64,000 nucleotides of DNA, from the NCBI GenBank assembly GCA_039028615.1, contig JBCCHT010000002.1:416001-480000 (forward strand). Reading direction: 5' to 3'. Positions 8,744 to 18,516 of this stretch are shown piece after piece. Within the stretch, counting starts at the first letter, position 1; every line of letters starts with the position of its first letter. The notes beneath the pieces were generated by a model that saw nothing but the letters and a program-made list of their open reading frames with translations, was not told the DNA's origin and did no database searches. The position numbers and the translations under genes are program-made. This DNA comes from Myxococcota bacterium (GTDB lineage: Bacteria; Myxococcota_A; Polyangia; Nannocystales; Nannocystaceae).

Positions 8744-10312
8744 TCAGTACCCGATCACCGTCTCGCACGCGACCACGACGGCGGTGTCGAGATACGCGGA
8801 GCAGGTATCGTTGCCGTCGCCACCGTTGACGACCGCCAGCTCTCCCGAGGCTTCGATGACGTCGTCGCCGTTGCCCCCGTTGAAGCCGGCATCCGCCCCG
8901 CTGCCGACGAGGTGGTCGTTGCCGTTCCCCCCAATCAGCGCCGAGAACTCGGCGTTGCACTGGATGAAGTCGTCGCCATCGCCCGCGCTGAGGTAGTTGC
9001 GATCGCTGCCCTCGCGATACTGCACGGGGCCGAGGAGCGTGTCGTTGCCGCCTTCGGCCCAGACATAGTTGTTGCCGTGGCGCACGATGATCGTCTCGGC
9101 CATGTCTCCGCCGCGAATGGCATCGTTGCCTCGGCCAGAATGGATGGTGATGGGAATCGGCGTGGGGCTCACCCCCGGATCGATGGTGGTGCGATACACG
9201 TCGTAGCCCCGAGAGAGCCGGACGCGAATGGAGGTCAGGTCGCTCTCGTCGAGGTCGAAGATGAGCGTACCGTTGGAGTAGCCCTGCACCATCACCGCAC
9301 CCGCATCGTCCCCGTAGGCGAGTTCGAAGGTCTCTGCGACCTGGGTGCCAAAGACGATCAGCTCCCCGGTGAACTCGTTCAGCTCGTAGGTCGCGAGCTC
9401 GGACGGCACGACGTTGGCTTGGAGGTGCGGCGGCACATCGAGCTGCCCGTAGTCGGCCTGGCCCCAGCAGGTGATCCGCCCCTGGGTGTCCGCCGAACAG
9501 GTATGATACTCCCCGGCCGAGATGGCGGCCGAGGGCGGGAGCCCCGAAGGCACGCTCGACTGCCCGACCTCGTTGGCACCCCAGCAGTGCACGCCGCCGG
9601 TCGTGTCGCGGGCGCAGCTGTGGCCATTGCCCGCCGTGACCGCGACCATGGTGGTGCTCAGCACCTCGGGCGGAATGTTGAGCTGATCGCGAGCATCGTT
9701 GCCCCAGCACGAGACCTGGCCGTTCGTATCCACCACGCAGCCGTGCCCGTAGCCCGCCGCCACATCGACGGCGGCGACATCGGGCACTGAAATCAGCGAG
9801 CCTTGGTAGTCGGTACCCCAGCACTGGAGGTCGCCCGCCGTGTCGACGGCACACGCCCAAAACGCCGACGAGCTCAGCGAAGTCGCGGTCAGCCCCGCGG
9901 GCACGTCGAGGTGGCCGAAGGCGTTGCTCCCCCAGCACGACACCGCGCCGTCGTCCGCGATGGCGCACGTGTTGTAGTCGCTCGTCGATAAGGCGGTCGC
10001 GACCAGGCCGGCGGGGGGTGTGCTCTGCCCCACGTGGTCATAACCCCAGCAGGTCACCGCGCCCGCGGCATCGGCCGCGCACGAGTGGAACTCCCCCACC
10101 GAGACTTGCTGAATCTGCGTGAGCGGTGGCGGAGTCGCTTCGCCCACATACTCCGTGCCCCAGCACGCCACCGAGCCATCGGACTCCACTCCGCACGAGT
10201 GTTGGACTCCCCCTCCCACGGCCCCGACATCCTCGGCCGCCGCGAGCAAGGGAAACAAAGTCGCACTGGTCCACGCTACGCCCGTGACCAGACGGTTCAT
10301 CATCGTCGTCAT
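8744..10312 (-). CDS. Secreted RCC1-repeat protein with C-terminal Gly/Asp-rich Ca-binding (RTX-like) repeats
   Basis: Signal peptide after MTTMMNR; seven CWG-containing RCC1-like repeats; GGNGND/AGDGDD/GGDGND repeats; the upstream part of ORF 8744..12466 is antisense shadow. Confidence 0.8.
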   Translation of the reverse strand: MTTMMNRLVTGVAWTSATLFPLLAAAEDVGAVGGGVQHSCGVESDGSVACWGTEYVGEATPPPLTQIQQVSVGEFHSCAADAAGAVTCWGYDHVGQSTPPAGLVATALSTSDYNTCAIADDGAVSCWGSNAFGHLDVPAGLTATSLSSSAFWACAVDTAGDLQCWGTDYQGSLISVPDVAAVDVAAGYGHGCVVDTNGQVSCWGNDARDQLNIPPEVLSTTMVAVTAGNGHSCARDTTGGVHCWGANEVGQSSVPSGLPPSAAISAGEYHTCSADTQGRITCWGQADYGQLDVPPHLQANVVPSELATYELNEFTGELIVFGTQVAETFELAYGDDAGAVMVQGYSNGTLIFDLDESDLTSIRVRLSRGYDVYRTTIDPGVSPTPIPITIHSGRGNDAIRGGDMAETIIVRHGNNYVWAEGGNDTLLGPVQYREGSDRNYLSAGDGDDFIQCNAEFSALIGGNGNDHLVGSGADAGFNGGNGDDVIEASGELAVVNGGDGNDTCSAYLDTAVVVACETVIGY

Positions 10313-10675
10313 CTTCGACCCCCGTTTTGATGTGTCGCTCGCCGATCCATACGGCCAGCGAATCGCCTTCATGGTGCAGGCGATCGAGCTGGAGTCAAAC
10401 TCCAGTTCACGACTTTCTCCACGGTGGTTGGTTCCGCATGACGAGGTGCAAAGGTGGCAGGATCGAACTGCACCGATTCGTTGGCGTTGCCGATCCTGCA
10501 TTCGCTCGCCGTGAATGTTCCACCGACGGCCCGAGGTCCCCGGCCCCCCAAGACCGCGGACGCTCGCGGGTACAGAGTCGAAGACGACGTCGAGTAACCG
10601 TCGGCACCGGGGCCATGAGCACCCGTTGGCCGGGCCGAGACCCACCGACGGGATCCCGTTGCTATCGTGCCGTCC

Positions 10676-11293
10676 ATGGTGCCGCCCGACTCCGAGCTTC
10701 TCGCGGCCTGGCGCTCGGGTGACGAGCGAGCCGGGGCCACGCTCTTCGAGCGGCACTACGCCGGCATCAAGCGGTTCTTCGAGAACAAGGTGCCCGACGC
10801 GGCGGAGGAGCTCATTCAGCAGACCTTCCTCGCGTGTCTCGAGGCCCGCGATCGATTTCGGGGCGACAGCAGCGTCCGCACCTACCTCTTCGGCATCGCC
10901 CACAACCTGCTGCGCGAGCACTTCAAGGCTCGCCACCGCCACCCGGCGCAGCCGCTCGATACCTCGGCGGTGTCCGCCCACGAGCTGGCGCCCGGCCCCT
11001 CGTCGATCGTCGCGGCCAAGGAAGAGCAACGGCTGCTGCTCGAAGCGCTGCGCCGTGTGCCGCTCGACTATCAAATCGCCCTCGAGCTGCACTATTGGGA
11101 GCACTACACGGCGGCCCAGATCGCCGAGATCATCCAGCTTCCGGTGGGCACGGTGAAGACCCGCCTGCGCCGCGGTCGGCAGCTCGTCGAGGTCGAGCTG
11201 CGACAGCTGGCGACCACACCTCGGCTCCAGCACAGCAGCAGCGACGATTTCGACGCGTGGGCGGCCGAGCTCCGCGTGCAACTCGCCCGCTAG
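10676..11293 (+). CDS. ECF sigma-70 factor
   Basis: AEELIQQTFL, SSVRTYLFGIAHN (region 2), IAEIIQLPVGTVKTRLRRGR (region 4). Confidence 0.9.
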   Translation: MVPPDSELLAAWRSGDERAGATLFERHYAGIKRFFENKVPDAAEELIQQTFLACLEARDRFRGDSSVRTYLFGIAHNLLREHFKARHRHPAQPLDTSAVSAHELAPGPSSIVAAKEEQRLLLEALRRVPLDYQIALELHYWEHYTAAQIAEIIQLPVGTVKTRLRRGRQLVEVELRQLATTPRLQHSSSDDFDAWAAELRVQLAR

Positions 11294-11302
11294 CGCCCTC
11301 GC

Positions 11303-12973
11303 GTGAGCGGCTATACTGCATCCCTGCGACGCGGACTGCCCATTGCAGCGATTGCGGCCGCCCTGGCGGGGTGCGCCCCGCCCGACGATGGCGTCGACCG
11401 CCGCTGCCGCTTCGAGCCCGATGGACACGGCACGCCCTCGGGGCTGCTCCGCTTCTCTCGCGACGGCGGGTTGTTCACGCTGGGCTTCTCCCTCACCGTC
11501 GAGTCTCCGCTGGCGGGCACGCTGCGCTACACCCTCGACGGCTGCCCGCCCGACGCGGACTCCCCCCGGCTCGATGGACCGCTGGACATCGACGCGACCA
11601 CCGAGGTTCGGGTCGGGCTCTTCGACAGCGAGCAGGATTCGCCCCCGCGCTCCTCTCGGGTCTACATCGCGGCCGATCCCGAGCTGCGACACGAGTCGGA
11701 GCTGCCCATCGTGGTCGTCGAGACCTGGGGACAGCCGGGCATCGAGCAGATCGAGCGCCCGCGTGTGCATCGACCCGCCTACTTGGTGGTCATCGAGCCC
11801 GGCGACGATGGCATCGCCCGCCTCGACGACCCGCCGACATTCGCCGGGCGCATCGGCATGCACATCCGCGGCAACAGTACGGCCGAGCAGTACCGCAAGA
11901 AGCAGTACAAGCTCGAGCTGTGGGACGAGTTCGACCGCGATCTCGCCCAGCCCATGCTCGGCATGCCGGCCGAAGCCGACTGGGTCCTCCATGCGCCCCA
12001 CTCCGACAAGACCTTCATGCGCAACCACTTGGTCTACCGGTGGAGCAATCGCATGGGTCGTTGGGCGGCCCGGACTCGGTTCGTGGAGACGCTCATTGAT
12101 CGCGGTGACACGCTCGACTCGAGCGACTACGTGGGCGTGTACGTATGGATGGACAAGATCGAGGTCGGTCCCAACCGCGTCTCCGTCACCCCGCTCGAGC
12201 CCGAAGACGCCGATGAGTCCACGCTGGCGGGCGGCTACCTGCTCGTTCGCGACTGGGACCATCACGAACGAGCGCTGCGCACCGAGACCTATCGCGACGC
12301 CATCCTCGTCGACGACCCGCGCCCCGAGGACATCACCCCCGCTCAGCGCAGCTGGATCGCCGACTACCTGAACGCGTTCGAACGCGCATTGTCGGGGCCC
12401 GACTTCCAGGACCCCCAGCGGGGCTACGCGCCCTATATCGACATCGACGCCTTCATCGATCATCACCTATTGGTCGAGCTGGCCCGCAACGTGGATGGCT
12501 TCGTGCTGTCCACGTACATGCACAAGGAGCGCGAGGGGCCGCTGGTGATGGGTCCCGTGTGGGACTACAACGGCTCGCTGGGCAACGCCGACTACTACGG
12601 CGCCTGGGACCCCGAGGGCTGGCACCACGAGCACCCCGACTTCCCCGGAGACAACCCCCAGGGCTACCGCTGGTACGAGCGGCTCTTCGAGGATCCGGCC
12701 TTTGTGGCTCGCTACGCCGAGCGCTGGCGAGCGCTTCGAGCCGGGCCGCTCGCCACCGACGCCTTGCTCGCCGACATCGACGAAGCGAGCGCGCTACTGC
12801 AACGACCCGCGATGCGCAACTTCGAACGGTGGCCGATTCTCGGACGCTATGTGTGGCCGAACGACGAAGGCCACGAGCAACGCGGCAGCTTCGACGACGA
12901 AGTCGACTACCTTCGCCAGTGGCTGCTCGCTCGCGTGGCGTGGATGGATGCCCAACTCGGTTCGGCGGGCTGA
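11303..12973 (+). CDS. CotH kinase family lipoprotein with N-terminal chitobiase/Fn3-associated module
   Basis: Lipobox LAGC, LRYTLDGCPP, IRGNST, KKQYKLE, DWVLHAPHSDKTFMRN, NVDG, GPVWDYN. Confidence 0.85.
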   Translation: MSGYTASLRRGLPIAAIAAALAGCAPPDDGVDRRCRFEPDGHGTPSGLLRFSRDGGLFTLGFSLTVESPLAGTLRYTLDGCPPDADSPRLDGPLDIDATTEVRVGLFDSEQDSPPRSSRVYIAADPELRHESELPIVVVETWGQPGIEQIERPRVHRPAYLVVIEPGDDGIARLDDPPTFAGRIGMHIRGNSTAEQYRKKQYKLELWDEFDRDLAQPMLGMPAEADWVLHAPHSDKTFMRNHLVYRWSNRMGRWAARTRFVETLIDRGDTLDSSDYVGVYVWMDKIEVGPNRVSVTPLEPEDADESTLAGGYLLVRDWDHHERALRTETYRDAILVDDPRPEDITPAQRSWIADYLNAFERALSGPDFQDPQRGYAPYIDIDAFIDHHLLVELARNVDGFVLSTYMHKEREGPLVMGPVWDYNGSLGNADYYGAWDPEGWHHEHPDFPGDNPQGYRWYERLFEDPAFVARYAERWRALRAGPLATDALLADIDEASALLQRPAMRNFERWPILGRYVWPNDEGHEQRGSFDDEVDYLRQWLLARVAWMDAQLGSAG

Positions 12974-13057
12974 GACCCGTCGCACCACGGCGCCACGGGC
13001 ACCGACGAAGCGTGTTCCGAGCGTTTCCTGCGTCCGGCTGTGTTACGAATTTGGGTG

Positions 13058-13927
13058 ATGAACTGCGATCGGATGTTGGGGTGGGCGTTTGTCTCGGTTG
13101 GACTGGTGTTCGCGGGGTGCGGTGACGATGGCTCGGCGACGAGCGACACCGAATCCAGCCAGACCACGGGAGATGGAGGAGATACGGCGGACACGGACGA
13201 GTCGGCGGACGAGACCGCAGGCACGACCGGGGTCACCTATAGCGGTGACATCCGGCCCTTGTTCTCGGCCCGCGGCTGTACGATCTGCCACCACGAAAAC
13301 TCGGCGATCGACATCGACATCGCGGACCCCTTCAGCCCGCCCAACGGCCTGGTGGGCTCCACCAACACCTGGGCCATCGCGCATCCCGAGGGCAACACGC
13401 CGATGCTCAACGTCGACCCCGGGAACCCGGACGAGAGCTTCTTGATGGACAAGATCGGCGACCCGGCGGCGCTCGACATGGCCACCGCGGGCAATCACAT
13501 GCCGCTGCTGATCGAAGCGCTGACCGACGACGAAATCGCCAGCCTCCGGGCGTGGATCGACGCGGGAGCCAACGACGACCAGATGTTCCAAGACGAGATT
13601 CGGCCGATCTTCGGCGACGAGACCTCCTTGGGCGCTGCGTCGGGCAAGTGCACGTGGTGCCACCACTCCTTCCCGGGGGGCCAGGCGCCCAACCTCACCG
13701 ATCCTTTCGATCCGATGACGGGCGCGGTGGGAGTCCCCAGCATCTTCGACCCCGAGCGCATGCGCATCGCCCCCGGCGACGCGGACAACAGCATCTTGGT
13801 GCTCAAGGTCGAGCTGACGGAGCCCGGCGCGCTGGGGCAGCCGATGCCGCTGCAGTTCCCGGTGCTGACCGAGGAGGAGATCGCCACCGTCCGCACCTGG
13901 ATCGAAGAGGGCGCGCAAGACAACTGA
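13058..13927 (+). CDS. Di-haem c-type cytochrome lipoprotein (two tandem domains)
   Basis: Lipobox FAGC; CTICH and CTWCH; each domain ends MPL...EIA.(L/V)R.WI..GA. Confidence 0.75.
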   Translation: MNCDRMLGWAFVSVGLVFAGCGDDGSATSDTESSQTTGDGGDTADTDESADETAGTTGVTYSGDIRPLFSARGCTICHHENSAIDIDIADPFSPPNGLVGSTNTWAIAHPEGNTPMLNVDPGNPDESFLMDKIGDPAALDMATAGNHMPLLIEALTDDEIASLRAWIDAGANDDQMFQDEIRPIFGDETSLGAASGKCTWCHHSFPGGQAPNLTDPFDPMTGAVGVPSIFDPERMRIAPGDADNSILVLKVELTEPGALGQPMPLQFPVLTEEEIATVRTWIEEGAQDN

Positions 13928-13949
13928 GCCTCGGGTACAGTGCTGCCCG

Positions 13950-14786
13950 GTGACGGACGACCGCGTCGAGGCGTACTACGAGTCGAACACCAAGCGGTTC
14001 CTTCGGTTCGGTCAAGGCGGCCAGCAGGGCGCGATTCACCGGGCCGTGTGGGGCCCGGGGGTCCTCGACCGAGCCGAGGCATTTCACTACGTCGACGACC
14101 GCCTGCTCGAGGCGATGCCCCACGACGCGACGCGGGTCCTCGACCTGGGCTGCGGCGTCGGAGCCTCGCTGGCCTACATCGCCGAGCGACGAGACGTCCA
14201 CGGCGTGGGCGTCACGCTCAGCGCCACCCAGGTCGAGCTGGCCACCCAGCGCTTCGCTCGGGCCGGCCTGGGCAATCGCCTGTCGGCCCGACGCGCCGAC
14301 TTCACCGACCTGCCCGCGGACCTCGAGCCCGTCGACTTTGCGTATGCGATCGAGGCGTTCGTGCACGCGCCCGCGCCCGAGCCCTTCTTCGCGGAGGCCG
14401 CTCGGATCCTGCGACCGGGCGGGCGCCTGGCGATCTGCGACGACTTCGCGGCACCACGGGTCGATGAGGGCGAGCTGACCTTCCGCGAGGCGCGGTGGAT
14501 TCGGGAGTTCCGCACGGGGTGGAACACGGGCTCGCTGATCTCGGTCCGACGCGCCGAGCAGCTCGCGAACGCAGCCGGCTTCGAGCGCGTCTCCGACCAG
14601 GACCTCACCGCGGACATCGAGCTACGGCGCCCCCGCGATCGCCTGATCACGATGATGGTCCGCCTCGGTCGACGCATCCCCACCCGCAATGCGTGGTGGC
14701 TCAACCTGCTGGGCGGCAACGCGCTGCAGATGGCCTTGGTGCGGCGCCTGATGACCTATCGCGTGCTGGTCTGGACTCGCCGCTGA
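13950..14786 (+). CDS. Class I SAM-dependent methyltransferase
   Basis: RVLDLGCGVG, GVTLSATQ, AIEAFVH, ILRPGGRL. Confidence 0.85.
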   Translation: MTDDRVEAYYESNTKRFLRFGQGGQQGAIHRAVWGPGVLDRAEAFHYVDDRLLEAMPHDATRVLDLGCGVGASLAYIAERRDVHGVGVTLSATQVELATQRFARAGLGNRLSARRADFTDLPADLEPVDFAYAIEAFVHAPAPEPFFAEAARILRPGGRLAICDDFAAPRVDEGELTFREARWIREFRTGWNTGSLISVRRAEQLANAAGFERVSDQDLTADIELRRPRDRLITMMVRLGRRIPTRNAWWLNLLGGNALQMALVRRLMTYRVLVWTRR

Positions 14787-14790
14787 AGGC

Positions 14791-15663
14791 TCAGCCTCGG
14801 CCCCGACCCCGTCGCACCGCGAAGTCGAGCTGGTGCGCGATGTAGACCAGGGTCCCGTCTTCGACCTGCGCATGGCGGAGCGCCGCCCAACCCCGCACGT
14901 CGTCGCGCAGCTGAGGCACGCGCATGAGCTCGGCCTCCACCGTGTCCACGATGTGGTGCACGAAGTAGGCCTCGTCGGCGATGTAGCCGCCTTCGTCGCC
15001 GTACACCACCCAGTCCGAGCTCCCCGCGGCGGCCACGGCTCCCCCGGCGGCACGAATCTGCTCGAACAGCTCGCGCCCCGCCGTGGACGACCCCGTGCGC
15101 ACGTCCATGCTGCGGTGGTACGCCGCCATCAACGCCTCGTCGCGAGGGTCTTTGGGGGTGAAGATCGTGTCGCCGTCGAAGTTGATCGTCGGCCAGAACA
15201 ATCCGTCGTCGCCCAGTCTCTCGAGCAACGTGGGCAGTACCGCGGGCACGTCGACGAGGTCGAGCACCGCGTGCGCGATGACAAGGTCGAACGGCCCCTC
15301 GGTGTCCCGGACCCAGTCCTCCAGGCGCGCGTGCACGGTGGAGACGTCGAACGAGACCTCGTCGACCGCCTCGCCCGCGCGCGGCTGGCCGCGTCGCCAG
15401 GGCTCCACGAGCGTATCGGCCTCGGCCAGCAGCTGCGGATCCATGTCGACGAGCAAGTACTCCGCCCGCGCAATCCGGCCGGTCCCGATCAACCGATCGA
15501 TCATCGTGCCCACCCCACCGCCGAGCTCGGCGATGCGAGCCGGGCGATCGGTGGGCATGGCCGACAGCACGGTGTTCATGACGTCGGCGTTGAGCGCCCG
15601 GTCGTCCACCGTCCGCTTGGACCGAAGGTAGCGGTCGAAGGTGTACTGCTGCGGAATGGCCAA
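14791..15663 (-). CDS. Class I SAM-dependent methyltransferase-like protein
   Basis: YLRSKRTVDDRALN, IAELGGGVG, DLVIAHAVLDL, INFDG; start uncertain (TTG 15663 chosen to avoid overlap). Confidence 0.75.
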   Translation of the reverse strand: MAIPQQYTFDRYLRSKRTVDDRALNADVMNTVLSAMPTDRPARIAELGGGVGTMIDRLIGTGRIARAEYLLVDMDPQLLAEADTLVEPWRRGQPRAGEAVDEVSFDVSTVHARLEDWVRDTEGPFDLVIAHAVLDLVDVPAVLPTLLERLGDDGLFWPTINFDGDTIFTPKDPRDEALMAAYHRSMDVRTGSSTAGRELFEQIRAAGGAVAAAGSSDWVVYGDEGGYIADEAYFVHHIVDTVEAELMRVPQLRDDVRGWAALRHAQVEDGTLVYIAHQLDFAVRRGRGRG

Positions 15664-15668
15664 TGGCT

Positions 15669-17462
15669 TCAGTTCCCGATGCGAATCCCGTTGGGGCGCA
15701 GCTTGGGCGGCAGCGTGCCCGGCTCGCCGCAGCACCGCATCAGCGCCCGCACGACCATCGAGAACATCGCCTCGTGGGCCATCGCCGCGGGGCGGCCGTT
15801 GTTGAGCACCATGCCGTCGACGAAGCCATCGTCCCGGAACTCCTCGAGCAGCTGCGGGTCGCGGCTGAACACGTGCACGGGCACGTCGTAGCTCTCGTTG
15901 GCATCCGAGACCAAGGGCGGCTGGTGGTCGCCCATGATGATGACGAGCTTGTCGCCCTCGACGCTCTCGAGATGGCTGGTGAGCACCTCGAGGTCGTAGT
16001 CGATGGTGGCCACGAACGAGTCGAGCTGCAGGCCGCTCACCTCGCCCATGTACGCGTAGCGCGGGGCCTTGAAGCGTCGAAAGTGGCGCACGCGGTCTCC
16101 GACCTCCTTGAGGCTCGCCGCGTCGACCGTCAGCTCGGGCCCCGGCCCTTCCTCGTCGGCACTCGGCTCGCCCAGGACCCGCCAGTCATCGACCACCGAG
16201 GGCACGATGCTCCACGGCGCATGCGAGGAGACCATGTGGAAGTTGGTGAAGATCGGGCCGTCGGCGCGCGAGAAGACGTTGTCGTGGGCGAAGCCGAGGC
16301 TGTACTGATCGGGGATGATCCCCCAGCCGATCGAAGGGCCCTCGTACTCGAGGTCGAGCGCGAACACGGTGGTGTCGTAGGCGTAGCGGTTCTCGAGCAC
16401 CGCCCCCGGCCGCGCCCGATCCTTGGGCGCGAGCAGGATCGTCTGGTAGCCGTTGGCGTCGAGGAAACGGACGAGGTTCGGCGTGTTGGCCACGTCGTCG
16501 ACCAAGTGCCGGAACACCGACTCGTAGCGCACCTTGATCCCCGTGAGCAGGGTCGCCTCGGCCATCCACGACCCGCCGCCGCTGACCGGCGCCTCGCTGA
16601 AGCCGCTGACGACGTGCCACCCCGCCTCGTCGAGCCGCTCGCCGTAGTGGGTCAGGCGGTCGTGCCAATCCGCCGCGATTTCGGGGTGAGAAAACAGGAT
16701 GCGCCCGTAGCTCTCGACGAGGAACAGCTGCACGTCGGGCTTGCGCTCGAGTCGGAACTGCTCGCGGTATCGAGCATACGGCGATCCCTCGATGCCTCGC
16801 TGGATCCGCGCGTAGATCTCCATCGACTTGCCGAGATTGCGGCTCATCGCTGGCGTCGTCCACACCACCCCCGCGGTGTAGCGCCCGCCGGAAGTCGGCA
16901 TGCGACCAATGGCGGCAGAGCTTCCCACCATCACGACCAGCAACCCCAGGGTGATGCCTCCCGTGCGCAGCGGCGGCCCGGACGCGAGCGTGTTCACCAG
17001 CCATCGAAACAGGCGCAACCCCAGCCACCCCAACAACCCGAGCAGCGCCAGCACGACGATGAGAACCACCGCCCGGAACACGCTCCACAGGTCCATGATC
17101 AGCACGCCGACGTGCTTGGCCAGAAACAGCTGATCGTAGAGCAGTGGCTCCTGCCGCACGATGGTCAGCCCAATCACGCAGATCCACATGTACAGCCACA
17201 GCACGAAGCCGACCGTGAGCGCGGCGCGACGGACCCATGCGGCGTAGCGAAACTTCGCCGTGATCGCGCACAGCGCCACGATGACGAGCGCATCCCCACA
17301 CGGACGCAGCAGAAGCAGCGGCTGCCGCGGCAGCTCTCGGATCACGGCGGGCAACACGAACAGGGCGTTGAGCACGACCAGGCTCACCCACGGCGCCGCC
17401 GACCGCAGCCAGGGCGGGATCCTCGATCCGAGGCTCGACGAGGATGAAGCAGGTTGATCCAT
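15669..17462 (-). CDS. Membrane protein with sulfatase/LTA-synthase-like periplasmic domain
   Basis: About five N-terminal TM segments; LFLVESYG, GGGSWMAEATL, SSHAPW, IMGDHQP alkaline-phosphatase-superfamily motifs. Confidence 0.8.
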   Translation of the reverse strand: MDQPASSSSSLGSRIPPWLRSAAPWVSLVVLNALFVLPAVIRELPRQPLLLLRPCGDALVIVALCAITAKFRYAAWVRRAALTVGFVLWLYMWICVIGLTIVRQEPLLYDQLFLAKHVGVLIMDLWSVFRAVVLIVVLALLGLLGWLGLRLFRWLVNTLASGPPLRTGGITLGLLVVMVGSSAAIGRMPTSGGRYTAGVVWTTPAMSRNLGKSMEIYARIQRGIEGSPYARYREQFRLERKPDVQLFLVESYGRILFSHPEIAADWHDRLTHYGERLDEAGWHVVSGFSEAPVSGGGSWMAEATLLTGIKVRYESVFRHLVDDVANTPNLVRFLDANGYQTILLAPKDRARPGAVLENRYAYDTTVFALDLEYEGPSIGWGIIPDQYSLGFAHDNVFSRADGPIFTNFHMVSSHAPWSIVPSVVDDWRVLGEPSADEEGPGPELTVDAASLKEVGDRVRHFRRFKAPRYAYMGEVSGLQLDSFVATIDYDLEVLTSHLESVEGDKLVIIMGDHQPPLVSDANESYDVPVHVFSRDPQLLEEFRDDGFVDGMVLNNGRPAAMAHEAMFSMVVRALMRCCGEPGTLPPKLRPNGIRIGN

Positions 17463-17562
17463 TGGGACCGGAAGCCTGCCACAGCTTGCCGAACGCCATC
17501 GAGTCTCAGCATCATCGTCCTTCGTCCCGATTTCACGTACAGTTCGGTCTCCGTCCCCGCCC

Positions 17563-18516
17563 GTGAGCAGCGCCCTTCAATCCACGCCCCACGAACTCCA
17601 CGGCCCCGATCTCGCGGGGGCGTGGCAGCTGGTTTCGTCGTTGCGCGCGCGCATCTCCACGCACGGGCCGATCATGCACGCGACCGGCTTGTGCCTCGAC
17701 CGCGCGGGTGAGCTGCAAGAGGTGGCCTGCGCCGACGGCTGGATCGTCGCCGATCCGGGGCTCGAGTCCGGCTGGGCCTACTCGGCCACGATCGCGAGCT
17801 CGGACGCCCGGGTGGGGCAGCTGCTCGACCTGTACATGCCGCTGTGCGTCGGCGCGGCGTCGCGGCGGCTCGTGGTCGCCCACCTCGCGCAGTCCCTCGA
17901 CGGTCGCATCGCCACCAACAACGGCGTCTCGCAGTTCATCAGCGGGCACGAAGACCTCGAGCACACGCACCGTCTGCGCGCCCTGGTCGACGCGGTGGTC
18001 GTGGGCGCCTCGACGGTCGAGCACGACGACCCGCGCCTCACCACCCGCCTGTGCCCGGGGGCCAACCCGGTGCGCGTCGTCATCGACCCGCGCGGGCGCA
18101 CCAGCGTCGACCGACGCCTCGTCGACGACACCGAGGCCCGCACGCTCATCATCCGCGGCGCCGGCCTCCCGCATAGCCACGACCTCACGGGCGCCCCCGT
18201 CGAGATCGTCGAGCTCGAGACCGACGATCAGGGCTGGCTGCCGATCCCCTCCATCATCGAGGCCCTCCACGCCCGTGGCATCGAGCGCATGATGATCGAG
18301 GGCGGCGGCCTCACCGTCTCCCGCTTCTTGGTGGCCGGGCTCGTCGATCGCCTGCACCTGTCGGTCTCGCCCGTCATCATCGGCTCCGGCCGGCCCGCGT
18401 TCACCTTCCCCGAGGTCTTCGATCTCGAGTCGGTCACGCACCTGCAGCCGCGTCAGTTCCAGCTCGGCCGCGACGTCTTGTTCGACTGTCCGCTGACGTC
18501 GAAGTCGAGCCCATGA
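17563..18516 (+). CDS. RibD C-terminal (pyrimidine reductase) family protein
   Basis: AQSLDGRIA, HRLRALVDAVVVGASTVEHDDPRLT, IEGGG, PVIIGSG; no deaminase domain. Confidence 0.85.
   Translation: MSSALQSTPHELHGPDLAGAWQLVSSLRARISTHGPIMHATGLCLDRAGELQEVACADGWIVADPGLESGWAYSATIASSDARVGQLLDLYMPLCVGAASRRLVVAHLAQSLDGRIATNNGVSQFISGHEDLEHTHRLRALVDAVVVGASTVEHDDPRLTTRLCPGANPVRVVIDPRGRTSVDRRLVDDTEARTLIIRGAGLPHSHDLTGAPVEIVELETDDQGWLPIPSIIEALHARGIERMMIEGGGLTVSRFLVAGLVDRLHLSVSPVIIGSGRPAFTFPEVFDLESVTHLQPRQFQLGRDVLFDCPLTSKSSP

Noticed and set aside
10313..12466. N-terminal 700 aa of the 1240-aa minus-strand ORF
   Set aside because: Antisense shadow of the sigma and CotH genes; only the part from 10312 down looks like real protein
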